DNA of 64,000 bases from Sedimentisphaerales bacterium. GTDB lineage: Bacteria; Planctomycetota; Phycisphaerae; Sedimentisphaerales; SM23-30. The notes beneath the pieces are model-generated. The model made no database searches, had not been told where the DNA came from, and saw only the letters and a list, made by a program, of their open reading frames with translations. Both the position numbers and the translations under genes were made by a program. The first letter of the stretch is position 1. Every line of letters begins with the position of its first letter. Location: assembly GCA_963666285.1 (NCBI GenBank), contig OY762711.1. The stretch is one strand, 5' to 3'. Of this stretch, positions 29,905-40,610 are shown in pieces.

Positions 29905-30882
29905 ATGTCAAAACCTGAAGAGGGAAATAAAAGTGTAAATAACGAACCAGTGACTCGCGGACGTGAATCACTGGTTCTCTCTTCGTCCCAGAACATGCGT
30001 GGATTAATCTATGCTCTTCTGGGAAAGTGGAGTTTACTTACGGTAGCTGCCTTATCTATTGTAGCTATTATTCTAATATTTGTCTTTGTTTCAAAAAATG
30101 CCTATCCTTTTTTCAAAGAGATTAGTATTTTAACATTTTTAGGGACAAACGACTGGCATCCCACATCCACCGACCACCCTTCCTATGGAGCCCTGGCATC
30201 TATTGTCGGAACAGTTTATGTAACCATCAACTCCCTGCTGGTAGCTGTACCAATAGGAATTTTTACAGCAGTATTTTTGAGTGATATGGTCAGCCATAAA
30301 CTCCGCAATATAATAAAGCCTATTATTGAAATTCTAGCAGCAATCCCTTCAGTAGCGTATGGTTTTTTTGCGGTAAAGATATTTGCACCATGGCTCCAAA
30401 ATGAATTTGGTATGACAACAGGTACAAATGTAATCAACGCATCAATAATGCTGGCGGTTATGGCACTGCCAACAATAATATCTGTTGCAGAAGATGCCAT
30501 ATCAAATGTCCCCAGAGAGCTTAGAGAAGCTTCATATGGATTAGGAAGCACACGAGCAGAAACTATGTTCAAAGTCGTACTGCCCGCAGCTCACAGCGGA
30601 ATAATTGCGGCAGTAATCCTTGGCATGATGAGATCCCTGGGAGAAACAATGATTGTGTGGATGGCTGCCGGAAACGCATTAAATATTCCTTCGCCATGGT
30701 GGGATTTAAGCCAATCAGTAAGAACTATCACAGCTACAATAGCGGGTGAAACACTGGAAGCGGCCAGAGATACGATGCATTATTATTCACTATTCGCATT
30801 AGGAGTTATCCTTTTGATGGTAACATTTGTACTAAACCTGGTTAGTGAATACTTTCTGCGAAAAGCAAAAATCAAACATTAA
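29905..30882 (+). CDS. pstC: Phosphate ABC transporter permease PstC
   Basis: IEILAAIPSVAYG, LREASYGLG, RSLGETM. Confidence 0.93.
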   Translation: MSKPEEGNKSVNNEPVTRGRESLVLSSSQNMRGLIYALLGKWSLLTVAALSIVAIILIFVFVSKNAYPFFKEISILTFLGTNDWHPTSTDHPSYGALASIVGTVYVTINSLLVAVPIGIFTAVFLSDMVSHKLRNIIKPIIEILAAIPSVAYGFFAVKIFAPWLQNEFGMTTGTNVINASIMLAVMALPTIISVAEDAISNVPRELREASYGLGSTRAETMFKVVLPAAHSGIIAAVILGMMRSLGETMIVWMAAGNALNIPSPWWDLSQSVRTITATIAGETLEAARDTMHYYSLFALGVILLMVTFVLNLVSEYFLRKAKIKH

Positions 30883-30906
30883 AATATAAGAGATTTTCTG
30901 CCTGAC

Positions 30907-32532
30907 ATGAGAATTATACTGGACAAAATATTTACTATAACGGCATGGTTCTGTGCAATCATGATGATAGTTATTCTTGGAATCTATCTATTGCCGATGT
31001 TTTCCAAGGGAGTAACCGCTGTTGTATTCCAGGGAACTGTAGAATTCAGAGAACTGCAGCTGGTGAAGCATGGCCGCGGCGATGAAAAAGCAGTTCAGCA
31101 AGAGCTGGAAAAATCTGAAAAGCTGCGAAATGAGCTACGGGCGATAATTTCTGAGTTTAGAAAAGGTATGAATCGCGAAGCAATTGGAGAAAGAATACGC
31201 GATATATACAAAGACTATAAAGATGAATTGAAAAACAAAGGTATTGAAGGCGATCAATACCGAACACTATATTCAAAGGCCAAAGAAATAAGAAACGCCT
31301 TTTGCGATTTACTTGAGAGTAATGACAACAATTTTGTATTATCTGAATTAGATAAAATTCTGGCACAAAGGAATAACCTGAATTTTGAAAGTAAATTAAC
31401 CCAGGAAATGTTTCGCTTAGCTGAGAATTATAAACATAATGTTGAAAAGATTGATTTAGCCAGGCAAAGTGAAAACGAGACAGCTCTTGTTGAAATTGAG
31501 GGTATATTAAATGTTTTGTTCGGTCCGGAATTAAAATCTGACTCTCCGGCTCCGCTACTTGCCAAAGACCAATTCGGCATGACAAGATGGGATATGGTAG
31601 AAAGACAGCTGAACCTTATTCTATACGAACATAAATGGGTAACAAATGAAGAAAATCCAGATGGCCCCCTGGTGATGGAATCTATCCCCAGAAAAGACAT
31701 CTTCGCCGGAACAGTAATGGCAGATTTCTTTGTACGCCTGGAAAACGAAGCTGAAGATATATTCAAACCTCGGCTGACAATATACTGGAACTACTTTACG
31801 GATGATAATGAGTCAAGTTATTTTATTGGCGGAGTAGGACCGGAGATATACGGTACAATTATCCTGACAGTAATGAGTATGGTATTTGTGATACCATTTG
31901 GAATAATCACAGCGGCCTGGCTGGTTGAATGTGCCAGGGAGAATATATTTACATCCATAATCAGGATGAGTATTAATTCGCTTGCCGGAGTGCCAAGTAT
32001 TGTGTTTGGCATGTTCGGCATGGCTTTTTTTGTGCTTTGGGCACAACCTCAATTTGAAATCGATCCAGAAGCGTGTATACTGGCCGGTTCACTGACACTG
32101 GCCCTGCTGACACTGCCTGTAATGATAAGGTCAAGTGAAGAGGCTATACGTTCAGTACCTCAAACCTATAAAGAAGCATCATTGGGACTGGGAGCAGGAA
32201 GAACGCGAACATTTATATTAGTTACGTTACCAGCGGCACTGCCGGGAATATTGACCGGAATAATATTAAGTTTAAGCCGTGTAGCTGGTGAAACCGCCCC
32301 GGTTTTATTGACCGCAGCGGTTGCTGTTGGCGAAGTACCGGATAGTATTCTCGACCCAACCCGAACTCTGGCAACTTCCAGTTACTATATGGCAATTGGC
32401 GATAGAATTGCAGCAATGGTACCACATAAGCAATTCGGAATGGTAGTAACCTTGATAACTATGGTATTGCTATTGAATGCTGCCGCTATTATACTACGTG
32501 CAAGAATTTTCAAAAAGCTAAAAGGACATTAG
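30907..32532 (+). CDS. pstA: Phosphate ABC transporter permease PstA with large soluble insertion
   Basis: [26 protein letters not shown]; roughly 270 hydrophilic residues after the first TM. Confidence 0.9.
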   Translation: MRIILDKIFTITAWFCAIMMIVILGIYLLPMFSKGVTAVVFQGTVEFRELQLVKHGRGDEKAVQQELEKSEKLRNELRAIISEFRKGMNREAIGERIRDIYKDYKDELKNKGIEGDQYRTLYSKAKEIRNAFCDLLESNDNNFVLSELDKILAQRNNLNFESKLTQEMFRLAENYKHNVEKIDLARQSENETALVEIEGILNVLFGPELKSDSPAPLLAKDQFGMTRWDMVERQLNLILYEHKWVTNEENPDGPLVMESIPRKDIFAGTVMADFFVRLENEAEDIFKPRLTIYWNYFTDDNESSYFIGGVGPEIYGTIILTVMSMVFVIPFGIITAAWLVECARENIFTSIIRMSINSLAGVPSIVFGMFGMAFFVLWAQPQFEIDPEACILAGSLTLALLTLPVMIRSSEEAIRSVPQTYKEASLGLGAGRTRTFILVTLPAALPGILTGIILSLSRVAGETAPVLLTAAVAVGEVPDSILDPTRTLATSSYYMAIGDRIAAMVPHKQFGMVVTLITMVLLLNAAAIILRARIFKKLKGH

Positions 32533-32533
32533 A

Positions 32534-33295
32534 ATGCAGGGAAATACAATCCTAAGTGCAAACAAATTCAGTTTTTACTACGGTGCCAAAGCCGGTGTAA
32601 ATGAAATAACAATGGACATCTATCAGAAAGGTGTTACAGCGATTATTGGTCCCAGCGGCTGCGGCAAAAGTACTTTTTTGCGTAGTATTAATCGTATTAA
32701 TGATTTGATACCCAATACTTCCACTGAGGGAGAGATCATATATAAAGGTCATAACATCTACGATAAAACTACGAATTTGATTGAGTTGCGTCAGCAGATA
32801 GGTATGGTTTTCCAAAGGCCAAACCCTTTTCCAAAGAGCATATTTGACAATATTGCTTACGGACCAAGGCTCAAAGGAGTAAAAAATCGTTCTGAGCTGC
32901 AGATGATCGTCGAAGAAAGTCTCAAAAAATCAGCACTATGGGATGAAGTAAAGGATAATCTTAAAAAATCTGCCCTGGCACTGTCAGGCGGACAGCAGCA
33001 AAGATTATGTATTGCTCGTGCCCTGGCCACAAAACCGGAAGTCCTGCTGATGGATGAGCCGTGTTCAGCCCTGGATCCGATAGCAACATCAAAAATAGAA
33101 GACTTGATTGAAGAGCTGAAAACAAGCTATACTATAATTATAGTTACACACAGTATGCAGCAGGCTGCTCGAGTGAGCGATCATACAGCATTCTTCTGCC
33201 TGGGAAACCTGATAGAATACAATAATACCGATTTGATTTTTACAAATCCAGAAAACAAACAAACTGAAGACTATATAACAGGAAGGTTTGGTTAA
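32534..33295 (+). CDS. pstB: Phosphate ABC transporter ATP-binding protein
   Basis: [40 protein letters not shown]. Confidence 0.96.
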   Translation: MQGNTILSANKFSFYYGAKAGVNEITMDIYQKGVTAIIGPSGCGKSTFLRSINRINDLIPNTSTEGEIIYKGHNIYDKTTNLIELRQQIGMVFQRPNPFPKSIFDNIAYGPRLKGVKNRSELQMIVEESLKKSALWDEVKDNLKKSALALSGGQQQRLCIARALATKPEVLLMDEPCSALDPIATSKIEDLIEELKTSYTIIIVTHSMQQAARVSDHTAFFCLGNLIEYNNTDLIFTNPENKQTEDYITGRFG

Positions 33296-33297
33296 AC

Positions 33298-33654
33298 TTG
33301 GAAAATATGCCAAAAGAAAAGAACCATATTTGGAAAATTCGTACAGTTAAAAATTATTCAGAAGCCAGTAACCATATAATAATTGGTAAGGTTCTGTCAT
33401 GTAATACAGCATTTATTCGTTTACATTGCAGGACATTTCATTTTAGAAAAAATGCTCATAACCCAAATGATTTCAGGATCGGTGAAGAAATGATCAGGAT
33501 TATACCATGGTCCAAAGTTGAAATCATTAATGAACTTAACTCAGAATTTAACTACTTAAATTCTGAGCTTATATCAGGCGAAAACGACGAAGTATTACTA
33601 ACAGACAATAAATATAAGTACACAATGCAATCAGTTTACGAAAAGAGTTTCTAA
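33298..33654 (+). CDS. Hypothetical protein inside the pst-phoU operon
   Basis: 118-aa ORF filling the pstB-phoU gap; alternative ATG at 33307. Confidence 0.75.
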   Translation: MENMPKEKNHIWKIRTVKNYSEASNHIIIGKVLSCNTAFIRLHCRTFHFRKNAHNPNDFRIGEEMIRIIPWSKVEIINELNSEFNYLNSELISGENDEVLLTDNKYKYTMQSVYEKSF

Positions 33655-33691
33655 GACAGATTTGCGTGTAATAAAATAAAAAGGTGGCAAT

Positions 33692-34348
33692 ATGGCATTA
33701 CATTTACACAGGGATATTGAAAGATTACAGGTAAAAGTGTCACGTCTGGGTGATATGGTAGAAACTTCACTGCATAGTGCGGTACAAGCATTTTTGACAA
33801 ATAATACGCACCTGGCAGAGCAGGCTTACCAGATAGATGAAGAAATTGACGAACTGGAAGTTGACATCGAAGAAGAATGTCTTAAATTGCTTGCACTTCA
33901 CAAGCCGGTAGCAGCAGATTTAAGATATATAATCAGTATATTAAAACTAAATAATGACCTTGAAAGAATTGGTGACCTTACGGTTAAAATTGCCAAAAAG
34001 AGAATGCCTGAGGAAAATCGTAATTATATTAATGTTGATCAGGAACTAACAGAGATGTCTGATTTGGTTAAGCAGATGCTGAAAACCTCACTCGACTCAT
34101 TAATAAATTGCAGTGAGCCCAAAGCCCAGGAAGTTCTTAATATCGAGCCCAGGGTTGATGAACTAAACGGTAATATTCATCAGCGAGTACGGGATTTCTA
34201 CAGTAAGAATATAGAAAGATTGAAATATTCATTAGAAATTTTAGCTGTGGCACGCACTTTGGAAAGAATCGCTGACCATACGACCAATATTGCAGAAGAT
34301 GTTATATACATGGTTACCGGTAAAATCATCAGACATGTATCTAAATAA
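33692..34348 (+). CDS. phoU: Phosphate signalling complex protein PhoU
   Basis: LLAL..PVAADLR, DLERIGD, LERIADHTTNIAEDVIY. Confidence 0.95.
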   Translation: MALHLHRDIERLQVKVSRLGDMVETSLHSAVQAFLTNNTHLAEQAYQIDEEIDELEVDIEEECLKLLALHKPVAADLRYIISILKLNNDLERIGDLTVKIAKKRMPEENRNYINVDQELTEMSDLVKQMLKTSLDSLINCSEPKAQEVLNIEPRVDELNGNIHQRVRDFYSKNIERLKYSLEILAVARTLERIADHTTNIAEDVIYMVTGKIIRHVSK

Positions 34349-34362
34349 TGTTTCTAAGATTG

Positions 34363-34578
34363 TATTAGTGCGGTTTATGCTTCGCATCATATGCATGTCG
34401 CACTTTTGATTGTTCAACATTATACGCAAAGGCCGGAACAGGGCCAACTAAGTGAAAATTTATGATGTTCGACTATAGTCTCACGCTTTGTTTTAAACAT
34501 AAGCGTTGCAGGAAGGCCATTTTAGGCGATTTACCAGAGGCACTTCGTTATTGCAACTTAAAAACTGCGAAAGTAAAC
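34363..34578. repeat. Dispersed multi-hairpin repeat, copy 1 (MITE/IS remnant or structured RNA)
   Basis: Blocks TATTAGTGCGGT, CACTTTTGAYTGTTCAACATTAYACGCAAAGGCC..GGGCC and AGCGTTGCAGGAAGGCC..TTGCAACTTAAA.ACTGCGAAAGT are shared with 47871-48075. Confidence 0.85.
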
Positions 34579-34604
34579 TATTATGCGGTTCTAATTGCAC
34601 CACT

Positions 34605-36011
34605 CTACTTGCCAATACAAAAATTAGAAAAGATTTTACCTAGAACATCATCGCTGGCTATTTCACCGCTGATAGAGCCAATAAAATCCAGGGCTTCTCT
34701 AAGACTGAGAGCAATGATTTCTTCTTCGGTCAGACCATTATCAATATCTTCTGATAACTTCGAGAGTATCTCAGCTGTGCTGGCTAATGCAGAATACTGA
34801 CGGTTGGTCAGAGCGATAGCTTCAGACCGGTCAAGGCTATCTGAAAAATGAAGAATTTCTGATAGTTTCTCTAACATTTTATCCAGATTCTCTCCGGTTA
34901 GAGCACTTACATATAGCCGGCATTCAGCGTTGTTATCCATTTCACCACAAACCTTATTTTTAGCATACAGGTCGCATTTGTTGGCAACAATCAAGGTATT
35001 TGACACATTTAATTTATCAATAGATACTAAAAGATCTTTCAATGCCTCCCTGCCTGAAGGGTCCCATACAACCATGACAAGATCAGCAGATTCGAGAATA
35101 TCAATTACTCGCTGCTGACTTTCTTTGGCAAGAGGATCATCGACCTGACCAATGCCGGGAGTATCAATCAGCAGACATTCACCTAATGCCAGTTTTATCG
35201 GTGCAGATAAGATATCCCTGGTAGTACCTGCAATTGAGCAGACTATACTCCGGTCGAGGTTAGTCAGTTTGTTCATAAGAGAGCTTTTACCGGCATTGGG
35301 CGGACCAACCATCACAACTTTAGGCATATTATGCAAATCCTGCCAGCTTACACTATCAGCCAGCAGCTTTGTGATATCTGTATTAACTTCCTTAAGTTTT
35401 TCATTTAATATACTAAGTTCTATAAATGATATATCTTCCTGATCACTAAAATCTATACCGGCTTCTAAAAGAGCGAGCAATTCGGCTAACTTTTGACTGA
35501 CCTGACTGCATTTTCCATGCAATGCACCCTTCAATAGATTTTCAGCTGCTTTCAGTTGTGCATCTCCGGAAGCATGAATAACCTCTGCAACAGCTTCAGC
35601 TTCAGTTAGATCAATACGTCCGTTTAGAAAAGCCCGTGCGGTAAACTCTCCTGGCTGAGCGTCACGTATTGCAGGCAGATTCCTGAAGCCATCAAGAACC
35701 ATCTTGAGAAGTTTGCCGGAACCTGGCAAATAAAATTCTGCCATATCTTCTGTTGTATAGCTGTGGGGCGATTTAAATACTATCAATTTGGCAGGTATCA
35801 ATATATCATCTTTTAATAAAATATGGCCAGGAATATATTGCCGAACAGGATAATCTATATTTTCAACGGTCGAAAAATCAGCTGAATCTGATTTCCAGAT
35901 TTGATTGAGGGCCTTAAATGTATCCGGTCCGGAAAGACGAATAACTCCCTTGAGAGCATTTCCTGGTGCACTGCTTACAGCAACAATTGTATCATTCAAA
36001 TCAAATATCAT
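34605..36011 (-). CDS. mnmE: tRNA modification GTPase MnmE
   Basis: DTIVAVSS..G..GVIRLSG, SYTTED, GEFTARAFLNG, GPPNAGKS, GTTRD, FSNFCIGK. Confidence 0.95.
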   Translation of the reverse strand: MIFDLNDTIVAVSSAPGNALKGVIRLSGPDTFKALNQIWKSDSADFSTVENIDYPVRQYIPGHILLKDDILIPAKLIVFKSPHSYTTEDMAEFYLPGSGKLLKMVLDGFRNLPAIRDAQPGEFTARAFLNGRIDLTEAEAVAEVIHASGDAQLKAAENLLKGALHGKCSQVSQKLAELLALLEAGIDFSDQEDISFIELSILNEKLKEVNTDITKLLADSVSWQDLHNMPKVVMVGPPNAGKSSLMNKLTNLDRSIVCSIAGTTRDILSAPIKLALGECLLIDTPGIGQVDDPLAKESQQRVIDILESADLVMVVWDPSGREALKDLLVSIDKLNVSNTLIVANKCDLYAKNKVCGEMDNNAECRLYVSALTGENLDKMLEKLSEILHFSDSLDRSEAIALTNRQYSALASTAEILSKLSEDIDNGLTEEEIIALSLREALDFIGSISGEIASDDVLGKIFSNFCIGK

Positions 36012-36020
36012 ATTATTAAA

Positions 36021-36974
36021 TTACTGTTTTGTCCAAATACGCAAATTAAGATTTAAATCATCAACAATACCAATGGCCAGAGTTAAATCATTATAATATT
36101 CTTCCATAGGTTCAAAACTGAGCAAAGTCTTAAATATTCTGGGCTCAAACATATTTTTATTATTTTCGATAGCAATAAAGACGCATGAATGGATAAAGCT
36201 CAGTCGAATATTCTTTTTTGACTTCTCCTTAAAATCCATAATTCGCTGCATAAGTGCCGGGGTTAGGATGTACCTTGCCTCTACCTGGTTATTACTATAA
36301 ACAACAAACTTTTTTTCAAACTGTGGATTTTCAAGCTTAACCAGTTGTCCCCTGCCGCTAAAACTTTGTAATTTCTGGCCAAAACTGCCAAGTAAACCCT
36401 GAGCAATATCAGGTAAAACAAGGGTATAACCGTTAAACTCTTTATTAAAATCGGCTAAGAAAAACAAACCTTTGAATATTGTTACCCAGCTATTACGCTT
36501 ATTGTTACGACTTTTATATTGAGTATGGAGTTCTGAAAAAGCCAGCTTGGTTTTACCGTACTGTCCTTTAATCAAATCTTCTCCGTTGTACCTTTCCAGG
36601 TCACGCATATACAAACGGCTGGCCATATATACGTCTTCTTTGATGTGCTGCTCTGGAAAATAATTTAAGCCGTCATCTACGAATCTAACTAACCTGCCGA
36701 TTATATCATGTTTAAAGTTGCTCTTATATGAACTGATGAAATATTTATAGAGCCAAAACCATAAAACCGCAAAGACACCAATGACACCTATAAATAATCC
36801 CGGTAAATGTGTAAACACTGCAATCACCATAGAAATGATAATAACAAGAGTGACCATTATTATAGTGGTGTTTCTTATCTTGGCAATAACGCTAAGCCTA
36901 ACATTCTCATACCTTTTGAGTAATGGAAGTAAATCTTTTTGATAATAATCGTATAGTTGTCCTTTGCTTTTCAA
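36021..36974 (-). CDS. DUF3137-like membrane protein
   Basis: Two N-terminal TMs; TIFKGLF..ADFNK.F, VKLENPQFEKKF.VYS..QVEARYILTP.LM. Confidence 0.75.
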   Translation of the reverse strand: MKSKGQLYDYYQKDLLPLLKRYENVRLSVIAKIRNTTIIMVTLVIIISMVIAVFTHLPGLFIGVIGVFAVLWFWLYKYFISSYKSNFKHDIIGRLVRFVDDGLNYFPEQHIKEDVYMASRLYMRDLERYNGEDLIKGQYGKTKLAFSELHTQYKSRNNKRNSWVTIFKGLFFLADFNKEFNGYTLVLPDIAQGLLGSFGQKLQSFSGRGQLVKLENPQFEKKFVVYSNNQVEARYILTPALMQRIMDFKEKSKKNIRLSFIHSCVFIAIENNKNMFEPRIFKTLLSFEPMEEYYNDLTLAIGIVDDLNLNLRIWTKQ

Positions 36975-37059
36975 AGGCTAATATCCTTAATTACAACAGT
37001 TTAGTTTCATTTTACATTAAAAATATTATAGCTGATAATAGCCTAAGAAGCCAACATTC

Positions 37060-38208
37060 TTATTTAATACGGAAAAAATTGCCCGGCATCTGTTTGATAA
37101 GCCCTTTTAACTGTAAAGCCGTAAGGGCAGAATTTACTTTTCCGACACTTCTACCAGAATGAATTATAACATTATCTATATGCTGAGGTTCTTTTGACAA
37201 TTGCCCCAAAACAATATTTTCATCATCAGACAGATTCAACTCGCCAGCATCAAAAAGAGTCTGTTCAACAGAAGCCTGAGCCTTGGCAGATTCTTTATCA
37301 ACATAAGGTTTAATGGTGTTTCCAATAGCACCAAGCGTTTCCATAATATCATCTATACCGGTAATAAGCGTAGCACCGTCTCTGATTAGGCTGTTTGGCC
37401 CTTCACTGCAAGGATTATCAATCCTGCCAGGAACAGCCATCACGTCACGATTATATTCCATAGCCAAACGTGCCGTAATTAATGCACCACCACGCTTTCT
37501 TGCTTCAACAATAATTGTTGCCAGAGACAACCCGGCAATAATCCTGTTTCTGGCCGGGAAATTGGCTCCAATCGGCTCAAAATCGATAGGAAGTTCACTA
37601 ACCATAGCACCATTATTAGTTATTATATCGGCCAAATCTTTATTTTCAGGCGGAAAGACTCCGCCAAGTCCCCTTCCCTGAACCGCGATAGTTCTTCCTC
37701 CTGCAGCTATCGCCCCCCTGTGAGCAGCAGTATCAATTCCTCTAGCCAGGCCAGAAACAATCGTAAAGCCGGAAGAGGCTAGCAAATGAGCAAAGCGGGA
37801 AGCCTGTTCAAACCCATACTGGCTGCAAGTTCGTGAACCAACAATTGCTACTGAAAGATTATCCTGTCTTAATATATTTCCTTTCACAAAAATAACATGG
37901 GGAGGATCGTCTATCTGAGAAAGCAGCTTCGGATAACTTTCATCTTCAATTGTAAGAACATCTATCCCAAGCTTTTGAGCTAAATCCAGCTCTTTTTTTG
38001 CTATACTCAAGTCTCTTATCGAATTGTAGATAAATTCAGCTTTTTTCTGAGAAATCCCCTTTACTGATGCCAGCTGAAAAATACTCGCATCATAAACACC
38101 CTGAATCGATCCAAATGAACTAAGAAGGTTAGCAAATGTTTTTGGGCCGACATCCTTGACCAAATGCAGATTAAGCCACTTTAACGTGTTTTCAGACCAA
38201 TTTGCCAT
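37060..38208 (-). CDS. dprA: DNA-processing protein DprA
   Basis: AIVGSR, SGLARGIDTAAH, FPARNRIIAGLS, GALITA, VPG; start set at ATG 38208 with AGGGGG RBS. Confidence 0.95.
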   Translation of the reverse strand: MANWSENTLKWLNLHLVKDVGPKTFANLLSSFGSIQGVYDASIFQLASVKGISQKKAEFIYNSIRDLSIAKKELDLAQKLGIDVLTIEDESYPKLLSQIDDPPHVIFVKGNILRQDNLSVAIVGSRTCSQYGFEQASRFAHLLASSGFTIVSGLARGIDTAAHRGAIAAGGRTIAVQGRGLGGVFPPENKDLADIITNNGAMVSELPIDFEPIGANFPARNRIIAGLSLATIIVEARKRGGALITARLAMEYNRDVMAVPGRIDNPCSEGPNSLIRDGATLITGIDDIMETLGAIGNTIKPYVDKESAKAQASVEQTLFDAGELNLSDDENIVLGQLSKEPQHIDNVIIHSGRSVGKVNSALTALQLKGLIKQMPGNFFRIK

Positions 38209-38318
38209 AACTATTGCCCCCTGAAACAAGTTAATATAAACTGAAAATCCAATGCAATATCGATTTCTATTATAAGCTTTTTAACAGTAGTGTCAATTTA
38301 AGAAATGATCTCCACGCC

Positions 38319-39275
38319 CTACTTCAAACCTGCTTTATTTTTCATTCTTTCTTCTTTGGGCCTGCTTTTCCAACGCCTGTGAACCCACCAGTACTGTTCC
38401 GGAGCCTCACGAATGAAGGATTCAATAGCAGATGTATATTCCGAAGTAATCCAAAGCAACGGCTTTTCCTGCCGAATCCATTGTTCAGGATAAATCACTT
38501 TTGAAATGCCAACTTTAAACTTATATCTATTGTCTATTCGTCTGCAATAACCTACAACAATAGGCAAGTTGTATTGCATAGCCAATAATCCAATACTTTT
38601 ATAAGTACTTGCCTTTCTTCCAAAAAAGTCAACAAAAGCCCCCTTCTTACCCGCATCCTGATCTGCAATGAAAGCCAGCAGAGAATTTTCCTTTAATATA
38701 TCAACCATTTGCTCTGTAGCACCTTTTTTATCGATAATTTTCTGCCCGCGATACTCCCGGATTCCCATTAAATAATTATTGATAAAACGGTTGTCAATAG
38801 GCCTGGCTACACTATAACTTTCAAGTCCAAAAACGGCCAAGGCAAAACCAAGAACTTCAAAATTACCATAATGCGCTGTTACAAGTATAGCGCCTTTATC
38901 GCTGAGCATAACTTCCATTGCTTCACTCATATCATCAAGTTCAATGTATTTATGCCAGGAACCGGGAGTAATATATCGCCCGCTTTTAAGCGCATCGAAA
39001 GCCAGCATAACAATGTGTTCCATTGCAGCTTTTGCAGTTTTTTCAATCCATTCATCATCTTTGTCTGGAAAGCTTTTTTTAAGGTTTTCCCTGGCTCTTT
39101 TTTTCCCACGAGAATATATTTCATAAACACCTCCTCCAAGCCACTTTGCAAAAGCAGTTGAAGTATCAGGAGGAAGCAGATTAATAAATGCAGCAAACAA
39201 CCTCATTACCAGATAGAGCAGGTAATCGAGAATAATGTTGGTTTTTTTCTTCTTTTTTTTCTTTTTTACAGTCAT
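38319..39275 (-). CDS. Lipid A biosynthesis acyltransferase (LpxL/HtrB family)
   Basis: H.GNFE, ADQD, FFG, PEQYWWVHRRWK; start set at ATG 39275. Confidence 0.88.
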   Translation of the reverse strand: MTVKKKKKKKKTNIILDYLLYLVMRLFAAFINLLPPDTSTAFAKWLGGGVYEIYSRGKKRARENLKKSFPDKDDEWIEKTAKAAMEHIVMLAFDALKSGRYITPGSWHKYIELDDMSEAMEVMLSDKGAILVTAHYGNFEVLGFALAVFGLESYSVARPIDNRFINNYLMGIREYRGQKIIDKKGATEQMVDILKENSLLAFIADQDAGKKGAFVDFFGRKASTYKSIGLLAMQYNLPIVVGYCRRIDNRYKFKVGISKVIYPEQWIRQEKPLLWITSEYTSAIESFIREAPEQYWWVHRRWKSRPKEERMKNKAGLK

Positions 39276-39396
39276 AAGCAAATTATCTAATAAGGATGGG
39301 ATATTGTAACAAAAAATGCACATAAAAGAAGAAAAAACGCTAATTCAAGCATATTGATAAGAGGTTCTGTTATGCTTTGCAAATCATATAAAATAT

Positions 39397-39903
39397 ATGT
39401 ATAATGATAATCACGAAATGAACAACCAGATTGAGAAAGAACCGAACGAGCACGTAAATCATTGCTGGGAAGACACTTCCGTTAAAGCGAGATTTGTGAA
39501 CGGTATGTTGGCAATAACATTTTGGGTAATTATTGTTATCGCCTGGAATATTGTTCCTTCTCAACAGGGTTTTGGAAGCCACCAGCAGATAGGGATACCA
39601 CAATGCCAGTGGATAAAGGAAAGCAACACTCCTTGCCCGACATGTGGCATGACAACCGCATACAGCCTCACAGTCAGGGGTAGAATAGTATCAGCATTTT
39701 TGACACAACCGGCCGGATGCATATTTGCAATAGTACATATATTCCTGACGGGATTATTTTCCTGGATAGCAATATCAGGTAAATACCCCTTTTATTTTAC
39801 TGCCTGGGTAAATTACAATACCTACAAAATAATTATATATGTGATATTATTAGTATTGTCAGGATGGGGTTTCACATACCTGAGAATAAAATATTTCAAT
39901 TAA
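39397..39903 (+). CDS. DUF2752-like membrane protein
   Basis: C.......PCPTCGMTTA....G....A....P motif plus TM helices. Confidence 0.8.
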   Translation: MYNDNHEMNNQIEKEPNEHVNHCWEDTSVKARFVNGMLAITFWVIIVIAWNIVPSQQGFGSHQQIGIPQCQWIKESNTPCPTCGMTTAYSLTVRGRIVSAFLTQPAGCIFAIVHIFLTGLFSWIAISGKYPFYFTAWVNYNTYKIIIYVILLVLSGWGFTYLRIKYFN

Positions 39904-39927
39904 AAACACGGTAAACAGGATAATGAA

Positions 39928-40596
39928 ATGTACCATACAAAAAAATTCAAAATGAAATTTGCATTGAGCTTAATACTGGTTTCTTTGCTAATATCTATGG
40001 GTTTTATGCTGGGCGGATGTGAAGCATTAGGATACGGCGCATATGTACTTGTGGGTGACCAGGGCCAAAAATCAAAAGCAATATATGAAGGACTTGAAAA
40101 CCAGAAAGTATTAATACTCCTTAATACTCCTGCCGGCATGGAATACTCATTCCCCCAATCAAGAGAAAGCCTGCATCTGGCTTGCCAAAAGATATTAAAA
40201 GAAAAGGTTGACGGCATATCGTTTAGCGACTATGACATGGTCGAAAATTTTATCATGCGAGAGCTCGACTGGATAAGTATGCCGATAAGTGTATTAGCTA
40301 AGAAATTTAGTGCACAAAGAGTGATTTACATCGACATATACGAGTTTACACTTCAAGACTCAAACAGCATAGGAATATACCAGGGCCAAACCAAGGCAGA
40401 GGTAAAAGTATACGAATCTGATAGTCAAACTCCAAATACACCTGTATTCAACTACTATATAGATTTCAAATATCCTGAAAATCACCCTGTTGCCGCCAGC
40501 CCAGATGCGAAATACAGAGTCTTAACCGGAACTCTTAAACAAATTGCATACCAAACATGCAAAAGATTTTTTGTCCATAAAGAAAAACAAGAATAA
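39928..40596 (+). CDS. Putative lipoprotein
   Basis: Signal peptide ending in LGGC lipobox. Confidence 0.75.
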   Translation: MYHTKKFKMKFALSLILVSLLISMGFMLGGCEALGYGAYVLVGDQGQKSKAIYEGLENQKVLILLNTPAGMEYSFPQSRESLHLACQKILKEKVDGISFSDYDMVENFIMRELDWISMPISVLAKKFSAQRVIYIDIYEFTLQDSNSIGIYQGQTKAEVKVYESDSQTPNTPVFNYYIDFKYPENHPVAASPDAKYRVLTGTLKQIAYQTCKRFFVHKEKQE

Positions 40597-40610
40597 TATA
40601 AAATATAACT

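Noticed and set aside
34462..34800. 112-aa ORF across the dispersed repeat
   Set aside because: Runs antisense into mnmE; no recognisable motifs
39241..39268. Phase-variable A-tract in the lpxL-like gene
   Set aside because: Runs are short (up to 8) and interrupted; they simply encode a Lys-rich N-terminus
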